A stretch of 64,000 nucleotides of DNA from Bacilli bacterium (GTDB taxonomy: Bacteria > Bacillota_I > Bacilli_A > ML615J-28 > CAG-698). Location: assembly GCA_050953065.1 (NCBI GenBank), contig JBMNLZ010000002.1, positions 96,001 through 160,000 of the forward strand, written 5' to 3'. The number at the start of each line of letters is the position of its first letter. Within the stretch, counting starts at the first letter, position 1. Made by a program: the position numbers and the translations under genes. Below are positions 17,513 through 28,096 of this stretch, piece by piece. Under the pieces are notes generated by a model, which was not told the DNA's origin, made no database searches, and worked only from the letters and a program-made list of their open reading frames with translations.

Positions 17513-20146
17513 ATGTCGAACAAAAAATTTGTCTATATGTTTTCAGAAATAGACGGTAGTATGAGAAACCTAATGGGTGGAAAAGGAGCAAACTTAGGTG
17601 AGATGACTAAACTAGGTTTACCAATCCCACAAGGTTTTACAGTAAGTACAGAAGCTTGTACATATTACTATGAAAGCAAGAGATGTATTTCTGAGGATAT
17701 TAAACAAGAAATTAAAACAGCTATGGCCAAGTTAGAAAAAATTACTGATAAGAAATTTGGTGATCCAAGTAATCCGTTACTTGTTTCTGTTAGAAGTGGT
17801 GCTAGAGTTTCAATGCCAGGAATGATGGATACAATTCTAAACTTAGGTTTAAATGATGAGGTTGTAGCAGGACTTGCTAAAAAAACTAATAATCCAAGAT
17901 TTGCATATGATTCATATCGTAGATTTATTCAAATGTTTGCTGATGTTGTTAAAGGATTATCTAAAGCAAGATTTGAAGAAATCATTGATGAAATGAAAAA
18001 AGCAAGAAATATTAAAACAGATACTGAATTTACTGATGCTGATTTAAAAGCAATGATTACTAAATTTAAAGATTTTTATAAAAAAGAAATGAAAGAAGAT
18101 TTCCCAACAGATCCAACTGAACAACTGTTTGGAGCAATTACAGCTGTTTTTGAATCATGGGAAAATCCAAGAGCTGATTATTATAGAAAAATGCATAGTA
18201 TTCCATCTAGTTGGGGAACAGCTGTAAATGTTCAATCAATGGTTTATGGTAATATGGGCGAAACATCAGGCACAGGTGTTGCTTTTACAAGAAACCCTGC
18301 AACTGGTGAAAATAAACTTTATGGTGAATATTTAATTAATGCTCAAGGTGAAGACGTTGTTGCTGGAATTAGAACTCCAGAACCAATTGCAACATTAAAA
18401 CAAGTTATGCCTGAAGCATATGATCAATTTGTTGAACTTAGTTTAAAATTAGAAGATTATTATAAAGATATGCAAGATATCGAATTTACGATTGAAGATG
18501 GTACATTATATTTACTTCAAACAAGAAGTGGTAAAAGAACTGCTAATGCAGCATTAAGAATTGCAGTTGAAATGTATGAAGCAGGATCTATTTCAAAAGA
18601 AAGAGCATTAATGCTAGTTGATCCTAAACAACTTGATGCTTTACTTCATCCTCAATTCGATCAAAAAGCCTTAAAAGCAGCTACTGCAATTGGTGAGGGA
18701 ACTGCAGCAAGCCCAGGTGCTGCTTGTGGTGTTGTAGCATTTAACGTTGAAGAAGTTGTTGAAAGAGTTAAAAAAGGTGAAGAAGTTATTTTAGTAAGAC
18801 TTGAAACTTCTCCAGAAGATATTGAAGGAATGAACCTTGCAGTAGGATTCCTAACTGCAAGAGGTGGAGCTACATCTCATGCTGCTGTTGTTGCTAGAGG
18901 AATGGGTAAATGTTGTGTAGCTGGATGTCATGGATTGAATGTTGATGAGGCTAATAAGAAATTTACTTTAAATGGTAAAACTTATAAATCAGGTGATTGG
19001 ATTTCACTTGATGGTTCAACTGGATTAGTATATGGTGAAAAACTTCCAACTGTTCAAGCTGAAATTTCAGGTGACTTTGAAAAGTTTATGAAATGGTGTG
19101 ATGAAGTAAAACGTTTAACTATTAGAACTAATGCTGATACACCAAAAGAAGCTCAACTTGCAAGAGAATATGGAGCTCAAGGAATTGGATTGTGTCGTAC
19201 TGAACATATGTTCTTTGAGGCTGATAGAATCCAAGCAATGCGTGAAACAATTATTGCTGATACTTTAGAACAAAGAAGAAAAGGATTAGCTAAACTATTA
19301 CCAATGCAAAGAAAAGATTTTGAAGAAATCTTTGAAGCAATGGGTAACTATCCTGTTACGATTCGTTATTTAGATCCTCCTCTACATGAATTCTTACCAA
19401 ATAATGATGAAGATATTAAAACAATTTCTAAAGAAATGGGTGTTCCTTACGAAGTGGTTAAAAACAAAGTTCAAAGCTTACATGAATTTAACCCAATGTT
19501 AGGACATCGTGGATGTAGATTATCAATTTCATATCCTTGTTTTGCTGAAATGCAAACAACTGCTGTAATTGAAGCATACATCAATGTCTTAAAGAGAAAT
19601 CCTAATTATACAGCAATGCCAGAAATTATGATTCCTTTAGTTGGTGATGTTAAAGAATTAAAATTTGTTAAAAACGTTGTAGTTAATACTGCTAATGCAC
19701 TTTTAGAAAAGCATAATATCAAAGCTAGATATCAAGTAGGAACTATGATAGAAATACCTCGTGCAACATTACTTGCTGATGAAATTGCAAAAGAAGCTGA
19801 CTTCTTTAGTTTTGGTACTAATGACTTAACTCAAATGACATTTGGATTTAGTAGAGATGACTCTGGTACTTTCTTAGCAAACTATTATGAAAAGAAAGTA
19901 TATGAAACAGATCCTTTCGCAACAATCGATGTTAATGGTGTTGGTAAATTAGTTAAGATGGCAACTGATTTAGGTAGAAGTGCTAAGAAAGATTTAAAGA
20001 TTGGTGTTTGTGGTGAACACGGTGGAGATCCTGCATCAATTGAATTCTTTGATTCAGTAGGACTTGATTATGTATCTTGTTCTCCGTTTAGAGTACCAAT
20101 TGCTCGTTTAGCTGCTGCTCAAGCTGTTATTAAAAATAAAAAGTAA
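17513..20146 (+). CDS. ppdK: Pyruvate phosphate dikinase
   Basis: GGKGANL, SVRSGA, GGATSHAAVVAR, GLCRTEHMF; ATG at 17513 after AGGAGG. Confidence 0.98.
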   Translation: MSNKKFVYMFSEIDGSMRNLMGGKGANLGEMTKLGLPIPQGFTVSTEACTYYYESKRCISEDIKQEIKTAMAKLEKITDKKFGDPSNPLLVSVRSGARVSMPGMMDTILNLGLNDEVVAGLAKKTNNPRFAYDSYRRFIQMFADVVKGLSKARFEEIIDEMKKARNIKTDTEFTDADLKAMITKFKDFYKKEMKEDFPTDPTEQLFGAITAVFESWENPRADYYRKMHSIPSSWGTAVNVQSMVYGNMGETSGTGVAFTRNPATGENKLYGEYLINAQGEDVVAGIRTPEPIATLKQVMPEAYDQFVELSLKLEDYYKDMQDIEFTIEDGTLYLLQTRSGKRTANAALRIAVEMYEAGSISKERALMLVDPKQLDALLHPQFDQKALKAATAIGEGTAASPGAACGVVAFNVEEVVERVKKGEEVILVRLETSPEDIEGMNLAVGFLTARGGATSHAAVVARGMGKCCVAGCHGLNVDEANKKFTLNGKTYKSGDWISLDGSTGLVYGEKLPTVQAEISGDFEKFMKWCDEVKRLTIRTNADTPKEAQLAREYGAQGIGLCRTEHMFFEADRIQAMRETIIADTLEQRRKGLAKLLPMQRKDFEEIFEAMGNYPVTIRYLDPPLHEFLPNNDEDIKTISKEMGVPYEVVKNKVQSLHEFNPMLGHRGCRLSISYPCFAEMQTTAVIEAYINVLKRNPNYTAMPEIMIPLVGDVKELKFVKNVVVNTANALLEKHNIKARYQVGTMIEIPRATLLADEIAKEADFFSFGTNDLTQMTFGFSRDDSGTFLANYYEKKVYETDPFATIDVNGVGKLVKMATDLGRSAKKDLKIGVCGEHGGDPASIEFFDSVGLDYVSCSPFRVPIARLAAAQAVIKNKK

Positions 20147-20152
20147 TTAATG

Positions 20153-20188
20153 AAAAAAAGATATCTTTTTTAAAGATATCTTTTTTTA
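20153..20188. terminator. Bidirectional terminator
   Basis: AAAAAAGATATCTTT-TTT-AAAGATATCTTTTTT. Confidence 0.75.
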
Positions 20189-20191
20189 TTT

Positions 20192-21526
20192 TTATAATAT
20201 AAATATTAGTGTTGCTATTCCAAAATAAATCATTAAAGCAAACAAGTCATTTAGTGTAGAAATAATTGGTCCTGATGCAATTGCGGGATCGATTTTCATT
20301 TTTTCTAAAATAATAGGAATAAAAACACCAATAGCTGCTGAGACAAACATTCCACCAATTAGTGATGTAGCGATTGTTAGTGCTAGTAACAATTGACTTT
20401 GAGTTCCCATGTTGATGAAACTTAGGATTCCATATGATATTAAGAAACCAGCTATTCCTACAGCAATACTATTTAATACTCCGATTCCTAATTCTTTAGC
20501 AATGTGTTTTTTCTCAGCACTTTTTTCTTCTAACTCATCTTTATTTAACTTTAAAATTGTTACTGCAATTGACTGTGTTCCGATGTTTCCAGCCATACCT
20601 AAAATCATTGGTTGAAACATTATTAATGCAACTACTTCAATTAGTGTTCTTTCAAACACAGATAATAACACGGCTATTACTAAGTTTAATAAGACAGAAA
20701 TTAATAACCAAGGAATTCTTTGATAGGCTCTAACAAAAGCATTTGATGATTCATCATAATCTCCAACACCAGCCATTTTTTTAATGTCTTCTTCGTATTC
20801 TAAAACCATTTTATTTAAAATATCATCTGCTGTAACTATTCCAACAACTTGCATATTTTTATTTAAAACTGGTAGTACATTTTTAGCATAATTTTTAAAT
20901 TTTTCAAAGCCTGTAGTTATTGAATCTTCTAACTTTAAGTAATTATTATCATTATGTGTGATGCTTTCAAGTGAATCACTAGCTCTAGCACTTACTAAAT
21001 CTTTTAATGTAATGCTACCAATTAAAACATTGTTGTCATCTACTATAAAAAGATGATCAATAAAGTCGCTATCTTTTGAGTTGTTAATTACATAAGCAGT
21101 TGTTTCTTTAATGTTTGAGTTTTGATTTATAGTTACAAAATCAGTGCTCATTATTGATGCGATAGCCTCATCATCATAAGTCATTAATAATTTAAGTTTT
21201 ACTTGTTTAGTTTTTGATAATAAATTTATTAAATAAGTTTGATAATCTTCTTCAAAACTTGTAATGAAGTATTTTAAATCATCCATTTCAAATTCGTGTA
21301 GAAAACTTTTCTTTTGGTTTTCGGTTAATAGGTTAAAATAATTCCTTGAAATTTCTTCTGGTAATTCTAAAAAAACTTCAATCGTTTTTTTAAGAGACAT
21401 TAGTCTAATAAAACGCATTTGAGTATCACTTGTTGCATCTCTCATTATTTTAGCGATGTCATATGGGTGCATTTTAGCTAAAGTTTTCTTTAATTGGGCA
21501 TCATTTAGAATTAATAAATCTTTCAT
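20192..21526 (-). CDS. mgtE: Magnesium transporter MgtE (paralog 2)
   Basis: N domain, CBS pair, AGNIGTQS, DPAIASGPIISTLND. Confidence 0.92.
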   Translation of the reverse strand: MKDLLILNDAQLKKTLAKMHPYDIAKIMRDATSDTQMRFIRLMSLKKTIEVFLELPEEISRNYFNLLTENQKKSFLHEFEMDDLKYFITSFEEDYQTYLINLLSKTKQVKLKLLMTYDDEAIASIMSTDFVTINQNSNIKETTAYVINNSKDSDFIDHLFIVDDNNVLIGSITLKDLVSARASDSLESITHNDNNYLKLEDSITTGFEKFKNYAKNVLPVLNKNMQVVGIVTADDILNKMVLEYEEDIKKMAGVGDYDESSNAFVRAYQRIPWLLISVLLNLVIAVLLSVFERTLIEVVALIMFQPMILGMAGNIGTQSIAVTILKLNKDELEEKSAEKKHIAKELGIGVLNSIAVGIAGFLISYGILSFINMGTQSQLLLALTIATSLIGGMFVSAAIGVFIPIILEKMKIDPAIASGPIISTLNDLFALMIYFGIATLIFIL

Positions 21527-22828
21527 CTAAACCACCCCCAATAATAAAGTAGCAAACCCGAAATAAATGATTACACTAGTAATGTCTATTAGTGTAGAAA
21601 TAAATGGGCTTGAGGCGATAGCTGGATCTATGTTTATTTTATCCAGTGCAATTGGAATAAACAGTCCAAAAATAGGTCCTATAAGGACGGTTAAACTTAA
21701 TGAGATAAATACAACTAAAGAGACATTTAATGGTTGTTGAACACCGATTACTTTAGAAATAACATAAGAAACTGCGCCAGCAACAATTCCAAGTATTATT
21801 CCGTTAATTAGTCCAGCTAGTATTTCTTTAGTACCATTTTGTAATGCTTTTTTAGAATCTTTAGTCAGTAGTCTTAACGTGACCGCTAATGTTTGGCTTG
21901 CAACATCTCCACCGGTGTCTAGTATTAGTGGTTGGAATAAAGCAAGTATTGCTACAGAAGTAATTACTTCTTCAAAACTACTAGTTGCTATTGCAATTGG
22001 CATTGATAGAATCAATAATAAGATTAGCCATGGTAATCTTTTGGCTGCTGATTTTATTAACCCTTTTGTTTTTGTATCTGGAAGAGCAGATAGTTTTTCA
22101 AAGTCATCAAGAGATTCTTCGTGATAAATTTCAATAGCATCATCGATTGTTAAAACACCAATTAGTTCAAACTTTTTATTTAAAACAGCCATTTCATATA
22201 GTCCATAGTTTTTCATTTTATGAACTGCTTCTTCAATATCATCAGTATCTAGAGCATAAGGACTTAGTTTAGTAATATCGTCAATATATGAAGGAGCTTT
22301 TGTTTTAATTAAATCTCTTAATATGATACTACCTTTAAATTTGTTTTCTTCATCCACAACAAAAATATGATTTAAATTGTCAACGTCTCCAGCTTCTTTA
22401 ATAACCTTTTTAGTAGCAGTTTTAATATCCATTCCTAAATTAAGACTGATAAAACTATCAGACATATGAGCTCCTACTTCATCTTCGTCATAATTAAGTA
22501 CTTGGGAGATATGTTTTTCATTTTCTAAAGCATCAAGTAATTCTTCATTATCTAAATGAACAATGATATCAGCAGCATCATCAAGCTCTAATGTATCCAT
22601 GATATTTTTTTGAACACCAAATTCAAAATCATCAATTACATCAGCTGCTTCTTCAGGTTCCATAAAAGCAATAATTCTTCCGATTTCTTCTTCTGGAATT
22701 AAAGAGTAGAATAAATTTTTTTCTTCTTCATCTAATTCTTTTATGGCCTCTACAATATTATAGGGATGCATTTTTTCTAAATGCTTAAGCAAAGCTTTTT
22801 TATCTTTTTGTTTAATTATTGCTTTCAT
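21527..22828 (-). CDS. mgtE: Magnesium transporter MgtE (paralog 1)
   Basis: CBS pair, KRLPWL, DPAIASSPFISTLID. Confidence 0.9.
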   Translation of the reverse strand: MKAIIKQKDKKALLKHLEKMHPYNIVEAIKELDEEEKNLFYSLIPEEEIGRIIAFMEPEEAADVIDDFEFGVQKNIMDTLELDDAADIIVHLDNEELLDALENEKHISQVLNYDEDEVGAHMSDSFISLNLGMDIKTATKKVIKEAGDVDNLNHIFVVDEENKFKGSIILRDLIKTKAPSYIDDITKLSPYALDTDDIEEAVHKMKNYGLYEMAVLNKKFELIGVLTIDDAIEIYHEESLDDFEKLSALPDTKTKGLIKSAAKRLPWLILLLILSMPIAIATSSFEEVITSVAILALFQPLILDTGGDVASQTLAVTLRLLTKDSKKALQNGTKEILAGLINGIILGIVAGAVSYVISKVIGVQQPLNVSLVVFISLSLTVLIGPIFGLFIPIALDKINIDPAIASSPFISTLIDITSVIIYFGFATLLLGVV

Positions 22829-22977
22829 ATTAAAACTCCTTTCTAAAATATTATATTACTCTTTTAGTATACCATAAAATATATTTTAATTATATGCATA
22901 AAATGAAAAAGGTTTATCTTGTTCTTAAATATAAGGTTTTATTTATGTTTTGCTACCCTCTCAATTTTTGCTATGTA

Positions 22978-23058
22978 AAAAAGACATCTTCTAATATTAG
23001 AAGATGTTTTTAATAAATAAAACAATTAAAAAACCTAGGAAATTTTTTCCTAGGTTTC
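22978..23058. terminator. Two tandem hairpins downstream of asnS
   Basis: GACATCTTCTAATATTAGAAGATGTT and AAACCTAGGAAA...TTTCCTAGGTTT. Confidence 0.65.
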
Positions 23059-23063
23059 ATTTT

Positions 23064-24443
23064 TTAAAACTCACAATTTTTTGGTGTTCTTGGATATGGA
23101 ATAACATCTCTTATGTTTTCTACTCCAGTAACATACATAATTAGTCTTTCAAAACCAAGACCAAATCCAGCGTGTTTTACTCCGCCATATTTTCTTAAAT
23201 CTAAATACCATTCCATTCCTTCTTCTGGGATGTTCATTTCTTTCATACGTTTGCGTAATAAATCAAGGCGCTCTTCTCTTTGGCTTCCACCAACTAATTC
23301 ACCAGCTCCAGGAACAAGTAAATCCATTGCGGCTACAGTTTCATTATCATCATTTAATCTCATATAGAAAGCTTTAATATCTTTAGGCCAATTTATTACA
23401 AAAACTGGTGCTTTAAAATATTCATCAGTTAAATACTTCTCATGTTCAGTTGCAAGATCATCACCGTATTTGATTTTGTTTTCAAAAGATTTATTTGATG
23501 TATTAATGATATCAATTGCGTCTTTATATTCACAAACTGCAACTTTAGAATTAACTAAATCTTCAAGTTGTTTAATTTTTCCTTTTTGAACAAATTCATC
23601 AAAGAATTTAAGTTCGCTTTGTGCATGTTCTAAGATATAAGAAATAACATATTTAAGCATTCTTTCAACTAAGTCCATATCATCATTGATATCAGCAAAA
23701 GCAATTTCTGGTTCAATCATCCAGAATTCTGAGGCATGTCTTGTAGTGTTTGAGTTTTCTGCTCTAAATGTTGGACCAAATGTATAAACCTTTTTAAAAG
23801 CTAAAGCAAATGTTTCTGCTTCTAATTGACCTGATACTGTAAGGTTAGCAGCTTTTCCAAAAAAGTCTTTTGAATAATCAACTCCCTTTTCTCTAGTTAA
23901 ACGCTCTAAATCAAGTGTAGTTACTTGAAACATTTGACCTGCTCCTTCGCAGTCGCTAGCTGTAATGATTGGAGTATGAACATAGATGAATTCTTCTTTT
24001 CTAAAGAAATCATGAATTGCATAAGCAAGTAGGCTTCTAATTCTAAAAACAGCATTAAATAAATTAGTACGAACTCTTAAGTGAGCTTGCTCACGCAAGA
24101 ATTCTTTAGAGTGTCTTTTTGGTTGAATTGGATAGTCTTCAGGACAATCTCCGCTTAAAATGATTTTAGTGGCTTTGATTTCATATGGTTGATTAGGGTT
24201 GTTTGTGATAACGATTGTTCCTGATACAGTTAGAGCGCTTCCTGTTCTAAAGTGTGCAACTTCTTCAAAGTTATTTAAAACTTTATCATAAACGATTTGA
24301 ACATTATTTAATGTAGAACCATCATTTAAATTAATAAAGCCAAATTCTTTTTGGAAACGGTTTGTTCTAAGCCATCCTTCAAGAGTAACCTCACTTTGTA
24401 CATTTTGATAATTTTTGTTTAAAAAGCTAATTGTAGTTTTCAT
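23064..24443 (-). CDS. asnS: Asparagine--tRNA ligase
   Basis: LTVSGQL, FGPTFRAENSNT, GFGLGFER, RTPKNCEF. Confidence 0.97.
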   Translation of the reverse strand: MKTTISFLNKNYQNVQSEVTLEGWLRTNRFQKEFGFINLNDGSTLNNVQIVYDKVLNNFEEVAHFRTGSALTVSGTIVITNNPNQPYEIKATKIILSGDCPEDYPIQPKRHSKEFLREQAHLRVRTNLFNAVFRIRSLLAYAIHDFFRKEEFIYVHTPIITASDCEGAGQMFQVTTLDLERLTREKGVDYSKDFFGKAANLTVSGQLEAETFALAFKKVYTFGPTFRAENSNTTRHASEFWMIEPEIAFADINDDMDLVERMLKYVISYILEHAQSELKFFDEFVQKGKIKQLEDLVNSKVAVCEYKDAIDIINTSNKSFENKIKYGDDLATEHEKYLTDEYFKAPVFVINWPKDIKAFYMRLNDDNETVAAMDLLVPGAGELVGGSQREERLDLLRKRMKEMNIPEEGMEWYLDLRKYGGVKHAGFGLGFERLIMYVTGVENIRDVIPYPRTPKNCEF

Positions 24444-24463
24444 ATTTATTCTCCTTATATATT

Positions 24464-24700
24464 AAAAAACGTCCTTGAAATTAATTCAAGGACGAAAACT
24501 TTTCCGCGGTACCACCTTTGATTCATCTATTTATATATAGATGCACTTTATTTCTTTTAACGCAAAGATTACGGTTAGGTCTACTTTAATTTCTTCTAAC
24601 AGCTCCAGAGTGTTCTTTCATTAAACTAATGCATAAGTTCTCACTATCCTTATGTCACTTTCTCATTAGACTTTAATTACTCGTCTCTTTCATAGCAATC
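24464..24700 (-). promoter_or_regulatory. T-box riboswitch with Asn specifier
   Basis: Minus strand AAGGTGGTACCGCG (24518-24505), terminator CGTCCTTGAA/TTCAAGGACG plus U-run, specifier AAC at 24614-24612; promoter TTGACT-17-TAAAAT at 24731-24703. Confidence 0.93.
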
Positions 24701-24880
24701 AAATTTTACTAAATAATAAAGTTAAAGTCAACTAAATTTTAAAAGATAGTTTGATATTTGCTTTTTTTAAAAATTATTAGTGATAAATAAATTAGTATTT
24801 TGGTGTGGCATTTTCAAGCAAGATATGGTATAATTAGAAACGATTAAGAGTTATTATTAAAATAAATAGGAGAGAAATTT

Positions 24881-27766
24881 ATGGCGTATAAAGCTTTATA
24901 CAGAACTTATAGACCACAGAAATTTTCTGAAGTTGTTGGTCAAGAAGTGATTGTAAAAACCTTACAAAATTCCATAAAAGCAGGTAAGATATCTCATGCA
25001 TATTTGTTTAGCGGTCCTAGAGGGACTGGTAAAACTTCTATTGCTAGAGTTTTAGCTAAAGCTCTAAATTGCCCAAACGCCAAAGATTTTGAACCTTGTG
25101 GTGTATGTGAGGTATGTAAAGAGATTTCTAATAGTACATATCCTGATGTAATTGAAATTGATGCTGCTAGTAATAATGGTGTTGATGAGATTAGAGATAT
25201 TAGAGAAAAGGTGAAGTTTTTACCAAGTGGTGCTAAATGGAAGATATATATTATAGATGAGGTTCATATGTTAACTACTAATGCATTTAATGCATTATTA
25301 AAAACATTAGAAGAACCACCAAAACATGTTATCTTTGTTTTAGCAACAACTGATGTACACAAAGTACCAGCAACTATTATTTCAAGATGTCAAAGATATG
25401 ATTTTAAAACTTTAAGTGTTAATGATATTAAGGCTACTTTAGCCTCAGTTGCTAAAAAAGAAAAAGTTCAAATTGATGATGAAACTTTAATGACAATTGC
25501 TGAAAGTGCTGAAGGTGCTTTAAGAGATGCTCTAAGTATTTTAGAGCAAGTTATTGCGTATTCAAATGAAGTTGTTACATTAGATGATGTTAATAATGTT
25601 ACAGGTAATCTATCAAGTGATAAGTTAATTGAATTAGCAGTTAATTTTGAAGAAAAAGAAGTTAATAAAGCACTTAATACAATTGATGAGTTAATCTATT
25701 TAGGAAAAGAAGTTCGTCGTATTATTGCAGGTTTAATTCAACTATATAGAGATATCTTAGTTTATAAAAACATTGATACTCAAGAAATGAGTAAATATGT
25801 TTTTGAAAAGAAAGAATTTCAACTTCTAGCAAAAGCTCTAACAACAGACAAAATCTTTTATTATATAGATGTTTTAAGTGATGTGCAATCTAAGATTAGA
25901 TTTACTAATAATCCTCAAATCTTTTTAGAAGTAGCAATCATTAAAATGATTCATGTAACATATGAAGAATTATCAGTTGTTCAAAGATTAAATGAATTAC
26001 AAGAAAAGTTAAATAATTTAGATGGTTATACTCCTCAATCATTTGCTCAAACTCCAAGTGTGGTTAAAGATGAAGTAGTATATGAAAAGATTGAAACACT
26101 TGATAAAGTTTTAGCAAGCGTGAGAAGTGAATTAAGTAAACTTGATTTACCTAGTGTAATTAATAAAGTTAACAAACTATCAAGTGAAGAAAAAGAAGAT
26201 GAGATTAGTTTAACTAATGTAGAACTGTATGAAGAATTACAATTATTAAAAGCAACTGTTAAATCTATTCAAAATCAAGCACCTCAAACAAGTAGTGCTC
26301 CAAAAGAAGATGTTTTAAATCATGCTGAAAAGATTCTTAATTTAGAAAAACAAATTAGAATAATTCAAAATACAAACGTTGAAGAAATTTGTAGTATGTT
26401 AGAAGTTCAACTAAGAGAAACTAAAGAAGAATTTAGTAATGCAAGAAAAGAAGTAGCAAGATTAAAAACTATAGTTGATAGACCAACTCCACATGGCACT
26501 ACAAAAGTAGTTGGTGAAATCAATCAAGATTTAGTTGAAAGATTAACTAAAATAGAAGCACGAATTGAAGAGTTAGCACGTGGGGCTTTGGCTTACTATA
26601 GTCTATATTTAGATCAAGGTTCTAAGAAAAATAGAATCAAAGAAGTTAGAGGTCAAATGATTCTATTTAGCGATGAATTAGTTGAGGCTAAAGAATTAAG
26701 TAAAGATAAAAAGCCTGTTGAAGAAATAGAAGAAATAGAAGAAAAAGATGAAACTTATTCTGAAGAATTAGATGGTCAAGAAGGCTTAACAGAAGAAAAA
26801 GAAGAAACAGTTGAAACAGTTAACGAAATAAAAGAAGAACAACCAAAAGAAAAACCTGCTATAGAAGTTAAAAAGAAAGAAGAGCCTAAAGAAGAAGAAG
26901 GACCAAAAAGTCAAATAGTTGTTACTCCTCCTCGTGAAACTTCATTTAATTCTACTTTAGAAATATTAAGATTAGAAAGATTAGAAAAAGCTAAAAAGGA
27001 ACAAAAAAAATCAGGTGAAGTAAAAGAAGAACCAAAAGAAGAAAAGACTTATTCAAGTAATATTCTTGAACCAAGAAAACAAGCAAAACCAGAAACAAAA
27101 CCTGACGAAAATAAAAAAGAAGAAACTCAAAAATCAGCTCTTGAAATATTAGATTGCTTACCAGAAGATGACTTTGCAAGTCATATTGAATACTCTAATA
27201 AAAAGAAAGAAGAAAAGGATGAAATAGTTTGGAAGTCTGTTGAATTAGAAAGTGAATCAAAACCAAAAGATGTTGATTTTGACTCTTATAATATTAAAGC
27301 TTTAGAATATATTTTAAATACTGCTTTATCTGAAAAAGCAAAAACTGATGCTAAAAGAGTCAAAGAATTATGGAAAGATTTATCAAAAAATATTGATTCA
27401 AATGATTATGGTGTAGTTGATTTATTAAAAGATGCTAATATCGCTGCAGTAGGTGAAAAGGCTATTTTACTTGTTTTTGAATCATATGGAACTAGTAATA
27501 ATGTAATGAGTCCTAGTTTTAAAAAACGTGCAACTTCTATAATTTGTAAGACTTTATTAGGTAAATATGATTACTTTGCATTACCAAAAGTAGTTTGGGA
27601 AGAGAAAAGAAAAGAATATTCAATACAATATAAAAACAAAGTAAAAGACCCAAAATTAGAAGAGTTTAACGATAATAAATTAGTTCTTCAAAAAGAATAT
27701 AAAAAGATAGAAGAAGATGAAGAAAGTGATATCGTTGAACAAATTTATGAAGATATTTTTAAATAA
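24881..27766 (+). CDS. dnaX: DNA polymerase III gamma/tau with a long coiled-coil/acidic extension
   Basis: ALYRTYRP, GPRGTGKT, EIDAASNNGVD, IIDEVHML; upstream of ybaB-recR. Confidence 0.96.
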   Translation: MAYKALYRTYRPQKFSEVVGQEVIVKTLQNSIKAGKISHAYLFSGPRGTGKTSIARVLAKALNCPNAKDFEPCGVCEVCKEISNSTYPDVIEIDAASNNGVDEIRDIREKVKFLPSGAKWKIYIIDEVHMLTTNAFNALLKTLEEPPKHVIFVLATTDVHKVPATIISRCQRYDFKTLSVNDIKATLASVAKKEKVQIDDETLMTIAESAEGALRDALSILEQVIAYSNEVVTLDDVNNVTGNLSSDKLIELAVNFEEKEVNKALNTIDELIYLGKEVRRIIAGLIQLYRDILVYKNIDTQEMSKYVFEKKEFQLLAKALTTDKIFYYIDVLSDVQSKIRFTNNPQIFLEVAIIKMIHVTYEELSVVQRLNELQEKLNNLDGYTPQSFAQTPSVVKDEVVYEKIETLDKVLASVRSELSKLDLPSVINKVNKLSSEEKEDEISLTNVELYEELQLLKATVKSIQNQAPQTSSAPKEDVLNHAEKILNLEKQIRIIQNTNVEEICSMLEVQLRETKEEFSNARKEVARLKTIVDRPTPHGTTKVVGEINQDLVERLTKIEARIEELARGALAYYSLYLDQGSKKNRIKEVRGQMILFSDELVEAKELSKDKKPVEEIEEIEEKDETYSEELDGQEGLTEEKEETVETVNEIKEEQPKEKPAIEVKKKEEPKEEEGPKSQIVVTPPRETSFNSTLEILRLERLEKAKKEQKKSGEVKEEPKEEKTYSSNILEPRKQAKPETKPDENKKEETQKSALEILDCLPEDDFASHIEYSNKKKEEKDEIVWKSVELESESKPKDVDFDSYNIKALEYILNTALSEKAKTDAKRVKELWKDLSKNIDSNDYGVVDLLKDANIAAVGEKAILLVFESYGTSNNVMSPSFKKRATSIICKTLLGKYDYFALPKVVWEEKRKEYSIQYKNKVKDPKLEEFNDNKLVLQKEYKKIEEDEESDIVEQIYEDIFK

Positions 27767-27781
27767 AAAGGAGAATAAAAA

Positions 27782-28096
27782 ATGAACCAACAAGCAATGT
27801 TAAAGAAAATAAAACAAATGCAAAAGGAAATGACAGATACTCAATTAGAAATTGAAAATACTGTTTTTGAAGCAAATGTTGCAGGGATTGTTACAGTTGA
27901 AGTGATGGGTAATAAGCATTTACAAAAAGTAATTGTTGATAAAGATTTTGAAGTTGAATCAGCTGAGGATTTTGAAATGCTTTCTGATTCAATTGTTGCA
28001 GCTTGTGCTAAAGCTTATAAAGATATTGAAGAAGTAACTGAAGAAAAGATGGCGAAATTCCAAATGTTATTAAATGGAATTCCTGGGCTTTTTTAA
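27782..28096 (+). CDS. YbaB/EbfC nucleoid-associated protein
   Basis: QMQKEM, VTVEVMG; position between dnaX and recR. Confidence 0.9.
   Translation: MNQQAMLKKIKQMQKEMTDTQLEIENTVFEANVAGIVTVEVMGNKHLQKVIVDKDFEVESAEDFEMLSDSIVAACAKAYKDIEEVTEEKMAKFQMLLNGIPGLF

Noticed and set aside
22829-22980. M-box riboswitch upstream of mgtE
   Set aside because: No recognisable M-box motifs or terminator; only a short TTTGCTA direct repeat
27003-27010. A8 run in dnaX as a slippage site producing a gamma subunit
   Set aside because: A-runs and nearby out-of-frame stops are expected at this AT content; no stimulatory element recognised
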